The translations under genes and the position numbers were made by a program. A stretch of DNA of 64,000 nt from NCBI RefSeq assembly GCF_006345805.1, contig NC_042997.1:138198001-138262000 (forward strand), read 5' to 3'. Below the pieces are notes generated by a model. That model ran no database searches. It saw nothing but the letters and a program-made list of their open reading frames with translations, and was not told the DNA's origin. Origin of the DNA: Octopus sinensis (taxonomy: Eukaryota). This document shows, in pieces, positions 1 to 13,621 of the stretch (its first letter is position 1; each line of letters starts with the position of its first letter).

Positions 1-62
1 GTCATTTGTTTACAATCTTCTGTGAAAATATGTCCTGACATTGTGTCAGTGTTCAAATGACT

Positions 63-655
63 AAGGGGAAATACTGATTTTAAATTTTGGTACAAAGCCA
101 GTATTTTCGACTGATGGGGTAAGTCAATTACATCAACACTGGTGCTCGACTGGTACTTATTTTATCGATCCTGAAATGATGAAAGGCAAACTCTACCTAT
201 CTAACACCTGTGGACATGTTTACAAAGTCAGAAAACAGCACAGCTCCCATGACTTTCGGAAACGTTTCTTCATGCTAAGAGTTGCTGAAGTATGGAACAA
301 ACTACCAGCATCAGTTGCTGGTTGTCTGAGCACTGCATCCTTCAAAACTTCCATGCTTCCTGAGATTCGCCAACACTACACCTGATTTTCTCCCCTCCAT
401 ACACATACAAGCATGTATCTGACTCATACACTGTTCACTTTCCAGATATTTGTACATCACTGCATATGCTTTATATGCACTTTTGACAAGTTGTGGTGCA
501 CCTGTGCACTGAATACAATAATTTCATTATTATCATTATTTTAAAGTCGAGCTCGGTGAAATTTGAACTTAGAATGTAAAGATGAATGAAATGCTGCTAA
601 GTATTTTGCCTTGTATGCTAATGATTCTGCCAGTTCACTACCTTACTAAAGGCAA
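63..655 (-). mobile_element. SINE (family ending in ...gccttgtgccaaaatttgaaacc(att)n), split by a CR1 3' fragment
   Basis: Matches the copies at 31995-32195 and 48760-48965 (gatgaaaggcaaa|gtcgacc..ggaatttgaact); the two halves flank the 190-540 insert. Confidence 0.7.
190..540 (+). mobile_element. 5'-truncated CR1-clade LINE 3' end (ORF2 C-terminus, 3' UTR, (ATT)n tail)
   Basis: ORF 176-385 peptide (GHVYKVRKQHSSHDFRKRFFMLRVAEVWNKLPASV) is closely similar to the C-terminus of ORF 18284-19804; ends in attatt repeats. Confidence 0.9.
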
Positions 656-1142
656 ATATTATGTTGCTTGGAAAGAGGTGATGGGTGGCAACTAGGAGAA
701 CATCTAGCAGCAGAAAATCTGCATCAACAAATCTCATCTGGCCCATGCAAGCATGGAAAAGTGGACATTGAATCAATGATAATAATGATGATAATGTGAA
801 ATAAAAAAAAAGGAATATTTTTTTGTTTTTGTGAAAGCCTGTTGTCTATTCACGCTCATGCACGCATGCACACACACACACACATGTATGTATATATGTA
901 TGTGTGCACGTCTTTGTGTTTGTGTTTGTCCTCTACCACTGTTTGACAACCATTGTTGGTTTGTTTACATCGCTTTAACATAGTTTAGCAAAAGAGAACA
1001 ATTGAATAAGTATCAGGCTTGAAAATTAAATTTTGAGTTCGATTTATTCAACTAAACCCTTCAAAATTATTATTTCAATATAGTTGCAGTCCAGTGACTG
1101 AAACAAGTAGAAGATAAAAGATAATATTAAAAGAGTAAAAAA

Positions 1143-1470
1143 ACCTCCTTCAGTCATGAAAGACTATGAGATTGCAGCTAGAAAGTTCCCCTCTGAGGCA
1201 CAAGTCCAGGCAAGGTTGTTTATGGAAAACTAGCAGTCACCCATACATACTAGCCTCCACCTCTCTATGCCACTGATGTTATCCAAGGGAAAGGCAAAGG
1301 CCAATACAGCTTGGCACCAGTGATGTCACAACTCATTTGTACAGCTGAGTGAACTGGAGCAATGTGAAATGAAGTGCCTTGCTCAAGAATACAACACACA
1401 GCCCGATTAAGGAATTAAATTCACTACTTCATGATTGTAAGCTCAATGCTCTAACCATAGCCATGTGCCT
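1143..1470 (-). mobile_element. tRNA-derived SINE, family B
   Basis: Reverse complement of the 15408-15750 and 47705-48047 copies. Confidence 0.8.
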
Positions 1471-2614
1471 TCATCAAGAAAAAAAAGTCAGTGGTCAGTT
1501 ATTGCAGTCATTTCTATTGCTACAAATCTGGTTTTGATTGTTGGCAGGAATTATTTCACTTCACTTATGATATTTATACCAGTTTTTAGGGTGGGCATGG
1601 GAAGTATAAATGTCATAATAGCTCATATTTTTTTACTGTAACATTCTTAGTTTTCTTTCGATATTAGAAGCAGTCATGATGAATGACTAATTCATGATTA
1701 AGATCAGTATGAAATGTCATGTGGAATTCATCATCATTGTCATACCATCCCATCCCTACCCCCACTATCCCCACCCCCATCATCATCATCTCATTTTCCA
1801 TGTTTGCATGGGTTGGACAAGATTTATTTGAGGCCGACCCTCACCTGTTTCCAAGTGAGGTAATATTCTTTTTTTTTTATTTATGTGTTCTTTTCATGGG
1901 CCTGGTTTCTCAGTTTCTGTGGCGTATGTGTTCCCCCCAGCTGGATGGGATGCCAGTCCATTGCAGTGTTACTCAAGAAACAAGAAGAAAGAGTGAGAGA
2001 AAGTTGGGGCGAAAGAGTACAACAGGGGTCGCCACCACCCACTGCTGAAGCCTTGTGGAGCTTTACATGTTTTTGCTCAATAAACACATGCACATGGCTG
2101 AGCACTCCACATGTGTACCTTTAATGTAGTTATCAGGAAGATTTGGTGTGACACAGAGTGAGACAAGGCTGGTCTTCTGAAATACAGGTACTACTCCTTT
2201 TTACTAGCTGAGTGGACTGGAGCAATGTGAAATAAAGTATCTTGCTCAAGGACACAATGCATTGCTGGAAATTGAAGTCACAACCTTACGATCATGATCT
2301 GAATACCCTAAACCACACACCTTTACATTGAGAAAAGACTACATCAAAATTAAAATGAATATGTACGTTATGTGGAGTTCATCCAGGAAACTAAATGATT
2401 TTATTTAATTTTACAGTGGAATAAATAAATATATAAAAATAAATACGTAATTAGAGAAAAAATTATTGGCAAGTGAAATTGTGTTTTTGAAGCAGTTATT
2501 TAAAAAAAAATGACACTAAGTTATATGAATGAAAAAAACAGAAATCTGACTTTAATGATGTAGTAATTTAATTAGTTTAATATTTGTTGGTATATCTTTT
2601 GACTGGTTTTTGTA

Positions 2615-2880
2615 TATTACTTGTATGTGTATGTACACATGTATGTATGTACATATGTATGTATGTATGTACATACGTATGTATGTATGTATGTACATAC
2701 GTATGTATGTATGTTTGTATGTATGTATGTATGTATGTATATATGAATGTATGTATGTATATGTGTGTGTGTGTGTGTATATGTGTATATGTGTAGACAT
2801 GCATATGTATATATACACATACACACATACAAACACACACACACACATACAGATCTGTATGTATGTGTGCATATGTGTGT
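2615..2880. repeat. Compound (TATG)n/(TG)n/(CA)n microsatellite
   Basis: Direct reading; source of the YVCM/HTYI pseudo-ORFs. Confidence 0.95.
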
Positions 2881-4338
2881 ATTGAGTATATTTTTGCAAG
2901 AAGTTTCTTGTGCAACTGTATACTGAAGGAAAAAACAAATCCCCGTGGTATTTTGGTTGAGTAATAGTTGCCAAATAATAATTAGTCTGTATTAAATAAT
3001 TGGCAGCTATATTTTGTACCAAAATACAACAGTATTACTCTGCACCCTTCCTCTTCTTCCACCTCCTCTTCTTCTTCGTAATCGTCGTCGTTGTTGTTGC
3101 CATAATTGTCATCATCATCATCATCATTGTCATCGTCATCATCATCATTGCCATAGTTGTTGTCATCATAGTTTTAACTTTGCATATTAGCATTCTTCAA
3201 AATCCTGTGCTGACATATCTGTGAGATTTAAACATCTTTATTCTAACTGCATCACTTCTTCCTAGGAATTTGTTGGCCTTCTTCTATTGCTAAAGTCACT
3301 TTCTATTGTAAACACACATGCATGCACACACATACACACACATGCATGTATGCACGCATGCACAAAAATGCATACACTCACACACATATAGACACATCCA
3401 TACCCTGTTTTACATAAATTCTCCTCTGTGGATACGAGATGAATGTTGTTTTTGCCTATTCAAGCTTTTGGACCCATCAATGAAGAAACTGTACTCACTA
3501 TTAAATACTATTTCTGCCACTAACCACTCAATTATAAAGGATCGGCATAGTTATTAACCAGACAAACTATTGAAGCAAGTTAATTAAAACTCGCAAATGA
3601 GTTGTTGCTAATAAGATTATAATTTTATGACCTATTAACCTCATCTTGAGGGAGGAGAATATTTTAAATATTTGGATTTATACTACATTTTGATTGGTTT
3701 GATCTTCATATAATATTCAGTGGCTGCAGAGTAGGGGGTCAGCAACAGATTGGCCAATGAGATGCTATCTGTGGTCCTTGGACCATTTCTAAAAATTTTC
3801 AAATCTAATGTTTTTGTGAGCCATTGAGCAGGTGATGGCTTTAGATTGTCTTTTGTCTCGTAATTTGTTTAAAGTTAGCTTACATAAGCATTGTTAGTAA
3901 CAGAAACGGGAAGAATATGCAGGGATAGTTTTATAGGTTCAAATATGAATTAGAAGCACTTTGAGATATATAAACAAAATTGAACACATATGCACAAGGG
4001 GTGTGTGTTGTTAGTTCATGGGTCAGCTGTATTTTAGGCATAAGAGAATGTAGTGTGATGGAGTAAAAGGACAACAGAAAAAAGAAGCAAACAGGAGAAA
4101 GAAATACAAAAGGCCTTACCTGTTGACCTCAACGGAATGAGCGATCACTCTCAAGAAATAAACACGTCTTTTCTCACTGCTGTCTTTGCTTGAACTGACC
4201 ACACGTGCTTCCTGCCCACGCATGCCCCGTGCCTGTGCTACCAGCCCCTGCAGTGCTCACTTCCATCTACCTCATCAGCAATCCCCTCCACCAACACCAC
4301 ACAGCTCCATCACAGCCCATAACACCACCAACACCACA

Positions 4339-4491
4339 GAGAATATATTCTCAAAGCACCTGGTGTTAAAAACACTTGAAAGTAAGTGATAGGCAAGTGA
4401 CTCTGAGAAGGGATTTGGTGTGAGTTGTCTCACTTGCCTATGACTTACTTTCAGGTGTTTTTAACACCAGGTGCTCAGAGAATATATTCTC
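4339..4491. repeat. Imperfect inverted repeat, about 62-bp arms with a short spacer
   Basis: gagaatatattctc..gcacctggtgttaaaaacacttgaaagtaagtgataggcaagtga is mirrored by tcacttgcctatgacttactttcaggtgtttttaacaccaggtgc..gagaatatattctc. Confidence 0.85.
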
Positions 4492-4987
4492 TTATGCCTA
4501 AAATGCAGCCGACCCATTAACTAACAACACACACAGAGACATTGTGCATATGTGTTCGATTTTAATTTTATAAGTGAGATTCAGTTTTATATATAGAGAT
4601 ATGCTATAATATGCATGTAGGCTCTAGACAAATGAAAAAGCCAAAAATGAGCTAGTGTATAAAAAGTCATTGATTACATGTTTTAGAACAATGGTTCCTG
4701 ACCCTTTTTGCACTTTGGACCGATTCCATGCAACACAATCCCTTCATGAACTGGGGAATCATGCACATAATAAGACACATTAAAGAGCATAATATATGAC
4801 TTTATTATTAGACATATAATAAATATATGTTGCAAATGTAATACATATATAATGCAAAAACAGACTGCAGACCAGTGATAGTCAATAAAATAGAAATAAA
4901 TTTTAAAATATATTCTTTCTGTGCAGCCTGGTACTGAACGATCTTTGGTCCAATGCTTTAGAAGAGGTAAGAAATATTATCCTTTGT

Positions 4988-5370
4988 GTGGCTATGTGAT
5001 AAGAAGGTTGCTTCCTAACCACATAGTTCTGAGTTCAATCCCACTGTATGGCACCTTGGACAAGTGTCTTCTACTATAGCCTAAAGCCGACCAAAAGCCT
5101 TGCAAGTGGATATAGTAGATGGAAAGTGAAAGCAGCCTGTTGTACACACACATACACACACACATGTCTTTGTGTTTATGTTTGTCCCCCATGACAACCG
5201 GTATTGGTGTGTTTACATCTCTGTCACTTAGCATTCGGCAAAAGAGACTGATAGAATAAGTACCAGGCTAAAAAAAAAAAAAAAGGAAAAGATACTGGGA
5301 TCGTTTCATTCAACTAAAAATTCTTTAAGATGGTGCCCCAGAATGGTTGCAGTCTAATGACTGAAACAAT
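4988..5370 (+). mobile_element. tRNA-derived SINE, family A (internal CA microsatellite)
   Basis: Similar to 13108-13547 (gagttcaatcccact B-box-like, ggcaccttggacaagtgtcttctactatagcc). Confidence 0.8.
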
Positions 5371-5747
5371 CCACTTGTAAGACTTTGGTGAACCCAGGGC
5401 TATAGTAGAAGAATTTTGCCTGCATTGCAGCACAGTGGGACTGAACTCAAAGCCACAATAATTGGAAGCAATCTTCTTAATCACACAGCCATGCCTACAC
5501 CTATTCATTATATTCCAAAAATAAAAATGGTGAATATATTTTAATACTAAATCAGCAACCGGAAATTATTGAATATGCTAAAACTGTAATAGCATAAAAT
5601 GCAGATAATATTTTAAATACTGATATAGCAACCAGTCAAGTTATAGGATAAATAAAAATATGTAGCATAGCATGTATTGAATATTTATTTTAGAATATCA
5701 AGACAGCAACTACTAAAGTTATGGAATAGTGGTTGCGATGCAATATA

Positions 5748-6150
5748 TATTATCTTTTATCTTCTATTTTTCACTTGTTCCAGTCATTTGACTGTGGCTA
5801 TGCTAGCATGCCATCTGCTGGGGTACCATCTTGAAGGTACCGTCTTGAAGCGGTTTGTTGAATAAATCAACCTCAGTACTTATTTTTTTTTACTATTTTT
5901 AAGCCTGATATTTATTCTATTAGTCTTTTTGGCCAAACCACTAAGTTACAGGGATGTAAACAGACTAACACCAGTTGTCAAGTGGTGGTAGGAGACAAAG
6001 GCACAAATACACATACACATATACAAAAGACTTTTTGCTGTTTACATTTACCATATCCACTCACAAGGCTTTGGTTGACCAGACGCTCTAGTAGAAGACA
6101 CTTACCCAAGGTGCCATGTAATGGTACTGAACCCAGAACCATGTGGTTGA
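5748..6150 (-). mobile_element. tRNA-derived SINE, family A
   Basis: Reverse-complement similarity to 13108-13547. Confidence 0.75.
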
Positions 6151-6844
6151 TATACATCATCATCATCATCATCATCACCACCACCACCACCACCACCACC
6201 ATGGATGGTGGGGATGGTGGGGATGACTCCATCAAAGTGCCAGATGTTAAAACACCTGAAAGCCATAGACGGGCAAGACCACTTGCCCCAAATCCCATTC
6301 AAGAGCAATGGACATTGATGTTTTGCCATTTTTGTGGATCATCAACATCATGTACTTGAACTGAATTGGAGGCAAATTGAATTGCCAATCCATGAGTATA
6401 TACAAGTGGTGTACAAACCATTTGCTGGCTGGTATGTTCCTGTCATGCATATGTTAGAATAAATTCAGATATGAATTAGAAGCAGCTTCTTAATCATGTA
6501 TAACTATAGTAGTTATTTTGGTTTTGTAACAGACATTGTTCTTGTTGCTATTTAGTTCCTGGCCAGTCCTCATTTAGCAGATCTATGATCAAAGGCATTC
6601 CAGTTATGACTGGACTGTCTTTTTTTCTTTCAGACACAGTTTATCTAGGACTAGCATTATTCAATATGTTCTTTCCTTTTTTTATTTAAAGATTCTAAAG
6701 TGCAATATGGGGAATATTTTGCAGCTAATTCTTACAAGTGAGTTGACTGTGGCTATGTGGTATCTTTTATCTCTTACTTGTTTCAATCATTGGACTGCAG
6801 TCATGCTGGGGTACTGCCTAGCAGGACTTTTTTTGTGCCCTTTT

Positions 6845-7075
6845 AAAGCCTAGCCAGACTCATGGGCCCGGTTTCCCAGTTTCAATGGCGTATGTGTTCC
6901 CCAGCTGGACGGGACACCAGTTCATCGCAGTGTTACTCATTTTTGCCTGCTGAGCAGACTGGAGCAATGTGAAGTGTTTTGCTCAAGAACACAATGCGTC
7001 ACCCGGTCCAGGAATCGAAACCACAATCTTACGATCATGATGCTGACGCCCTAACCACTAAGCCTCATACTTCCA
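6845..7075 (-). mobile_element. tRNA-derived SINE, family B variant
   Basis: Reverse complement reads ..cttagtggttagggcgtcagcatcatgatcgtaagattgtggtttcgattcctggacc.., a tRNA-like head with A/B-box-like motifs. Confidence 0.7.
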
Positions 7076-7681
7076 CCTAGAAGGATTTAGTAGAACAAAT
7101 TGCTTCCAATATCTATTTTTTCATTATTACTCGCTTTACCTTATTCTCTAATTCACTCCTTTGTTTTCCAACTGGGGCATTCATGTATCTGTTCTATAGC
7201 AAGGTGCCTATATATGTACCTTCTATACCTTAAATCCCTCAACCCATACAATGCCACACCCTCTCAATACAACACCCCAATCCCAGTTGAGGGATTTTTG
7301 TCTTGCAAGGTTCTTGGTGACTTTGTCAGTGCTGGTGCCACATAAAAAGCACTGATGCGGGTGCCATTTGAAAAGCACTAGTGATGGTGTCATATAAAAA
7401 GCACTGGTGATGAGGCCATGTGAAAGTACTGGTGATGATGCCATGTAAAAAGCACCCAGCACATTCTGTAAATAGGAAGGGCATGCAACTGTAGAAACCA
7501 TGCCACAACAAACAATGGGGCCTGGTGCAGTTCTTGGCTTTGCTTGCTTCTGTCAAACCATCCAACCCATGTCAGCATAGAAAACGGTTGTTAAAGGATA
7601 ATGATCAATGTCATTATAAGTCTGGTACTAATTCTATCAGCCTCTTTTAGTGAGTATCAGTTGTCAAATAGTAGTGGGGAA

Positions 7682-7728
<47 letters not shown>

Positions 7729-7989
7729 ACAATGGTCTTCTTTCAGTTTTCCTCTGCCAAATCCACTCAGGCTTTGGTCAGCATGGAGCTATAGTAGAAG
7801 TCACATGGCCAAGGTGCCATGCAGTGGGACTGAACCGGGAATCAAGTGCTTGGGAAGCAAACTTCTCACCACACAGCCACTCTTGCACCTATATAATGAG
7901 GTGTTTTTTCATATCTGTAGCATTGAGTCAAATTAATTAAAATGAATGAGCTCATAATAATTAGAGTAAACTCCACAAAGAAATTATAG

Positions 7990-8400
7990 CCAGAGCAACA
8001 AACTGGCCCCCGTGCCGGTGGCACATCAAAAGCACCATTTGAGTGTGATCGTTACCTGCGTTGCCTTACTGGCACTTGTGCTGGTGGCATGTGAAAAAAC
8101 ATTCAAGCGAGGTCGTTACCAGTGCCGCTGGACTGGCTCCTGTGCAGGTGGCACATAAAAAGCACTATTTGAGCATGGCCATTGCCAGTACCACCTGACT
8201 GGCCCCATGCCGGTGGCATGTAAAAGCACCCCCTACACTCTTGGAGTGGTTGGCGTTAGGAAGGGCATCAATCTGTAGAAACTCTGCCAGATCAGATTGG
8301 AGTCTAGTGCAGCCATCTGGTTCACCAGATCTCAGTCAAATCGTCCAACCCATGCTAGCATGGAAAGCGGACGTTAAACGATGATGATGATGATAATGAT
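7990..8400 (+). mobile_element. 5'-truncated RTE 3' UTR copy (or RTE-tailed SINE)
   Basis: Shares gtgccggtggca modules, the ccatgctagcatgg hairpin and the (TGA)n tail with 23040-23241. Confidence 0.8.
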
Positions 8401-8792
8401 GAGGAGACTAATAGTAAGTGGTAGTAGTCTGCTCCTAAGCAGAATTAAAATGTGGGCTATACTGGTAGGCTGAAAAGAGGCAGCTTTATCTTGCCTAACA
8501 ACAGCTAAGATACTGAAATCAATACTGAAAGAGTACTAGAAGGAAAAAATCTCATGTGACCTGTAGATTTCCACTGGAGAAAAAAAATTCTTTCTTTAAG
8601 TTTATACAGTATTTTCCTTATCAAATATGTTTTAGCTACATTTAGGTGTAGACTTGCAATATAATTAAGAAGTTCATGTTGCTATCACATGGTTATGAGT
8701 TCAGTCCCACTGCATGACACCTAGAGTAAATATCTTCTACTATGCCTTATGAATGCATTTGGTAGACACAAAATGTGTGGAAACCTGTTGTA

Positions 8793-9671
8793 TGAGAGAG
8801 TATTCAAAAGAAACAAGAATTTTGCAATATTATTTTATTCACTTAGTTTTACATGTTTACACTTTTACCACCTTCAAAGTATTCTCCATTTGAAGTAATG
8901 CATTGGTCAAGACGCATTTTCCACTGTTTGAAACAGTCCTGGAACTCTTGCAAAATGATGGTTTTTGACACCTCTGTCCTTTTTTTCTTCACCTCTTCCA
9001 CATCTGCAAATTCCGTAGCACCAGCTTTTGTCACCAGTGATGACCTTTGAATAAAGGTCTGGATCAACTTCAAATTGTTCTTTCAGTTCACAACACGTAT
9101 TCAGCTGTGACTACTTTTGATCTTTCGTGAGCAAGTGAGGCACAAAGTTTGCTGCAATTCTTTTTATTTACAATTCCTCACTCAAAATTCATTAGCAGGA
9201 GCTCTAGGACACACCAGTTGTATGAACAAGTTTGTAAATTGTTTGGCAACAGTCCTCCAAGATCAGTTCATGAATTTTCGTGATGTTTTCATTCATTTGG
9301 GATGTTGATGGTGGCCCTGAACAAGCTTGGTCTTCAACTGGCAAGTGACCTTTCCTAAAGCGCAAAAACCACACATAAACTTGTGTTTTGGTCATGGCAG
9401 TACTCTTGTAAGCTATTTGAAGCATGACAACTGTTCTAGATGTTGTATTCCCCACACTGTTCCTTCATTTCAACCATCATAAAAATCGACAAAGAGGGAA
9501 GAAGCACTGCAAGACAAAGATGCACCACATGGCAGTATGACCTCATTCAACGACGCCGGTTGGCAGACTGATGCCTGAGGGTTGCATCCAGTGGCTTCTA
9601 GCAGCAGAAGCCTGGACTACAATGGGCTTGTCCCATAGAGGTCTTACCGGTTACTTTTGGGCACTTCCTCA
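8793..9671 (-). mobile_element. Internally deleted, degraded mariner transposon nested in a family-A SINE
   Basis: TA at 8791-8792 and 9672-9673; degenerate TIRs (tgagagagtattcaaaagaaac vs tgaggaagtgcccaaaagtaac); HTH-like N-terminus (ORF 9204-9455) and mariner C-terminus QWKMRLDQCITSNGEYFEG (ORF 8849-9073). Confidence 0.8.
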
Positions 9672-9677
9672 TATATC

Positions 9678-9750
<73 letters not shown>

Positions 9751-10304
9751 CTGTACATGTGTGTGTGTCTGTTTGTGTATTGCCACCCACCACTACTTGA
9801 CAACTGGTATTGGTATGCTTATGCCTCTGTAACTTAGTGATTCAGCAAAAGGGACTGATAGAATAAATACCAGACTTAAAACGTGAGTACTGGGGCTGAT
9901 TTATTTGATTAAACACTTTAAGGTGGTGCTCCAGCATGGCTGCAGTTCAATAAATGAAACAAGAAAAAGGATACTATGAAGTATTAGCAACTGAAAAATT
10001 GCTGAGAAACATTGTTATATTTAGTTTTGCCAGATATTTTTAGCATCTCAGTGGTGTTTCCTGATGGGACCGGGACATTACCCTTTTTCATATCCTTAAT
10101 TACTTTATCTACTAAACTATTGTCGATTCAGATAGCCGGCCCCTCTGTTGTGTCCACATTAGGCATGCTCTCCTTCTCTCCATGCATTTAATAATTAATA
10201 TGAATTTGTTACATAGGAACAAGGCCTCAAAATGAATGGAATGAATATAACCAATTAGATAAACCACAGTACTCTGCCGGGATTTATTTTATCAATTCCA
10301 TAAC

Positions 10305-10752
10305 CATGTACTTCCTCTATAGCAAGACACCTGTTTCTGCCTCTCTGTCACTCTCTAATCTTTCATCATCTGACACAAGATCACCTCCTCTAATGCCCCC
10401 ACCCTCTCAAGATTCCTTGTCTTGCAAGTTACTTGGTGACCTTGCCAGTGCTAGTGCCATGTAAAAAGCATCCAGTCCACACTGTGAAATAGTTACCATT
10501 TGGAAGGGCATCCAGCTGTAAAAACCATGCCAAAACTGATCTCACCTGTGCTGGTGCCATGTAAAAAGTGCTCAGTCCACTTTATGGGGTGGGTGGTTTT
10601 TAGGAAGGGCATCCAGTCATAAAAACCATGCCAAGCCAGACACAGAAGTCTGGTGTAGCCTTCTACCTGGCCGGCTCCAGTCAAACCATCCAACCCATGC
10701 CAGCATGGAAGACAGACATTAAATGAAGCTGCTGTTGCTGATGATGATGATG
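10305..10752 (+). mobile_element. Repeat ending in an RTE-type 3' tail (diverged subfamily; also 7215-7600 and 34440-34790)
   Basis: gaagggcatccagctgta...ccaacccatgccagcatggaa...(tga)n; 5' part cctctat.gcaagacacctgttt shared with 34440-34790. Confidence 0.7.
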
Positions 10753-11546
10753 AAAGGCAATGTTGACTTCAGTAGGATTTGAACTCAGTGTGTAAGGCTA
10801 TACAATTAAAAAAGCAGAAGACATTTTGTTCATTATTAATATTAGCCATTGGATCCTACATAGTAATACATTTCTATTGAATGGCTTATAACAATCAATC
10901 CATTGACTTTTTTCATTTGAGTTCAGCTTCCTATTATCTGTTTATAAACAATATTGAAGCTGCTTTTCTTTTTATCTCTGTTAGAGTTCTGATTTTATGC
11001 ACCATTTATTCACAAGAATCCAATCACAATATAAATTGGAAGCAGATAAGAAGATAATGTAAATTGCTATTTTGACTCCGTCTTTGCAGTCTGTGATTGT
11101 GTGTTGTGTGTGTGTGTGTGTGTGTGTGTTCATACACATGTGCATATACATATGTACATACATAGATATGTGCTAATACACATTAAGGCATCTCAGTTTC
11201 CAGGAAATTATAATTCTTGGGCGATCAGAAGCTAATTTTTCTTTTTCATTTTTTGACTCTTATTTCTTGATTTAAAGTTCTGAGCACTAGATAACAAGAA
11301 GCATGAACATAAAATGTTATTCCACAAAATACACATATACTTGTATGGAAAACTAACAATTTATGATAAATAAAAGAATAAAAAATTTCTAAATATAAAA
11401 AAATATTTCAGTAAAATTGATGGCATTGTTTCAAGATGAATACATTTTTGATGGTTTTGTTGCAAAAATTTGATCACAAATTTGTGACAAAGAGCCCTGC
11501 AACAGAATAGGCTCTGTCTGTTTAGGTGGAAGTTGGAAGAATGGTA

Positions 11547-11835
<289 letters not shown>

Positions 11836-11956
11836 ACAGTTTGGAGTCTGGTGCAGCCTTCTGGCTCACCAGTCCTCTGCCAAACTGTCAAACCCATGCC
11901 AGCATGGAAAGCGGATGTTAAACAACGATGATATGTATACACACATATATAAGCAA

Positions 11957-12300
11957 AGTAGCTAGTTCTAAAATCTCTATAAGAAATGTAAGTTGTAACA
12001 ATATTGAAAATTAAAGTTTGTTGCCACTTTGCTTGTTGCAAAATCAGCAACTGAATGTTGCTTATTTTTCTATACATTGCAAGCTAAGATGAATTACTGT
12101 CATGTCTAGCAGACAGGTAGCTGGCACTGATGAAGGGGTAATACCCTGAAACCAGACTGGTATACTGGTGTTATCACTTGCAATATATTGGACACAGGTT
12201 GTGTCATTAACCAGCTGCAGGTGATGTCCTCCTGGGGGTTAAAAAAATGGTAGTAACATAGTTCCATATGGAACAACCACTTTGAAGTGGCAACAGACAT
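11957..12300 (+). mobile_element. Penelope-like pLTR fragment with hammerhead motif and a short inverted 5' segment
   Basis: 12030-12300 is the reverse complement of about 53500-53800, while 11957-12000 matches 53805-53850 in the same orientation; contains CTGATGA..GAAA. The PLE assignment is inferred from the known hammerhead-pLTR association. Confidence 0.6.
12120..12169 (+). ncRNA. Type I minimal hammerhead ribozyme motif (stem I degenerate)
   Basis: CTGATGA 12127-12133; stem II ggg-gtaata-ccc; GAAA 12148-12151; stem III ACCAG-A-CTGGT; GTA triplet 12160-12162; stem I has one A-C mismatch and several G-U pairs. Confidence 0.6.
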
Positions 12301-13107
12301 TACATTTATATATATATATATGTGAGTGTGTGTGTGAGTATGTGTGTATAGATAAAACACTGCTCCTCTAAATGGAAACTTCCCCTGTCATTGTGATTTT
12401 GTAGCAAAAAGCAAAGCAGGCCTTGCTGTCCATTCAAGAAAACACACTGTGAATGATCCACAAGCACTCAAGCAAACTGAGTTCTCAACTCCTTCCATTT
12501 TCCAAAAGGTTTGCAAGGCACCAGCAGGCCTCAAGAAATACATTTGTGTCCATAGAACATGATTAACATTTTATTTTACTGAATCCTTAGTGGTTTAGGT
12601 AAATAGACCAATAGAATAAGTATTAGGCTTCAAAAGTGGTTGGTAAAATGAGGATAATGATGAGTCATAAGCTCTGAATCTACAGTTTGATCATCAACCT
12701 CAAATGTATTTTCAAACTCATTGTTGTCATAGCAAAGGTCATGAGTTTCATTTTAGTTTCATCATAAATTTCAGGTTCCTGATAACTCCCCACCCTAAAA
12801 AAAAAAGACAAAAGTAAATACCATCACAGACAGGCACAGGAAGTGCCAATGCATAACAAAATTGATGCTTACAATTAACATCCTCACCAAATTTAACTGG
12901 CACTCACTCCATCGGTTAGAACTGCAAAAATATTTTTTTCTCCAAATCAAAGTTAAATTCAGAAAGCATTGTTTCTTAAATTTCGTTGATTTTTGTTTTC
13001 GACAAGTAATACTTCCACAAATTTTGATCATTTCTAAATTCCAGAACTTACCAATGATAGCACACTCACAATGAGAAACTTTTGATTATGCAAGGAGTGG
13101 CTATATT

Positions 13108-13547
13108 GGCGTAGGAGTGGCTGTATGGTAAGTAGCTTGCTTATGAACCACATGGTTTCGGGTTCAGTTCCACTGCGTGGCACCTTGGGCAAGTGTCTTC
13201 TACTATAGCCTCGGGCCAACCAAAGCCTTGTGAGTGGATTTGGTAGATGGAAACTGAAAGAAGCCCATCATATATATGTATATATATATATATATATGTA
13301 CGTTTGTGTGGATAAGTTTGTGTGTCTGTGTTTGCCCCCCCCCCACTAAAAATTGCTTGACAACTGATGCTAGTGTGTTTACGCCCCCATAACTTAGCAG
13401 TTTGGCAAAAGAGATTGATAGAATAAGTACTAGGCTTACAAAGAATAAGTCCTGGGGTTGATTTGCTTGACTAAAGGCGGTGCTCCAGCATGGCTACAGT
13501 CAAATGACTGAAACGAGTAAAAGAGTAAAAGAGTAAAAGAGTAAAAG
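13108..13547 (+). mobile_element. Full-length tRNA-derived SINE, family A
   Basis: ggcgtaggagtggctgtatggtaagtag head, gggttcagttcc B-box-like motif, internal (TA)n, (gagtaaaa)n tail; many copies in the window. Confidence 0.85.
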
Positions 13548-13621
13548 GGTACATATTTCACTAAAGAAATACTGAAATGTTTTCAGAGTTTCATTTTCTG
13601 TTAATTATTTCTGTCATTATC

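Noticed and set aside
4689-4960. hAT-like MITE (caatggttcctgacc start); similar hints at 3718-3790 and 52620-52880
   Set aside because: The second terminus and TSD could not be identified.
13108-13190. tRNA genes at SINE heads (also 15408 and 47705)
   Set aside because: Only A/B-box-like remnants, with no cloverleaf or acceptor stem; they continue into SINE bodies.
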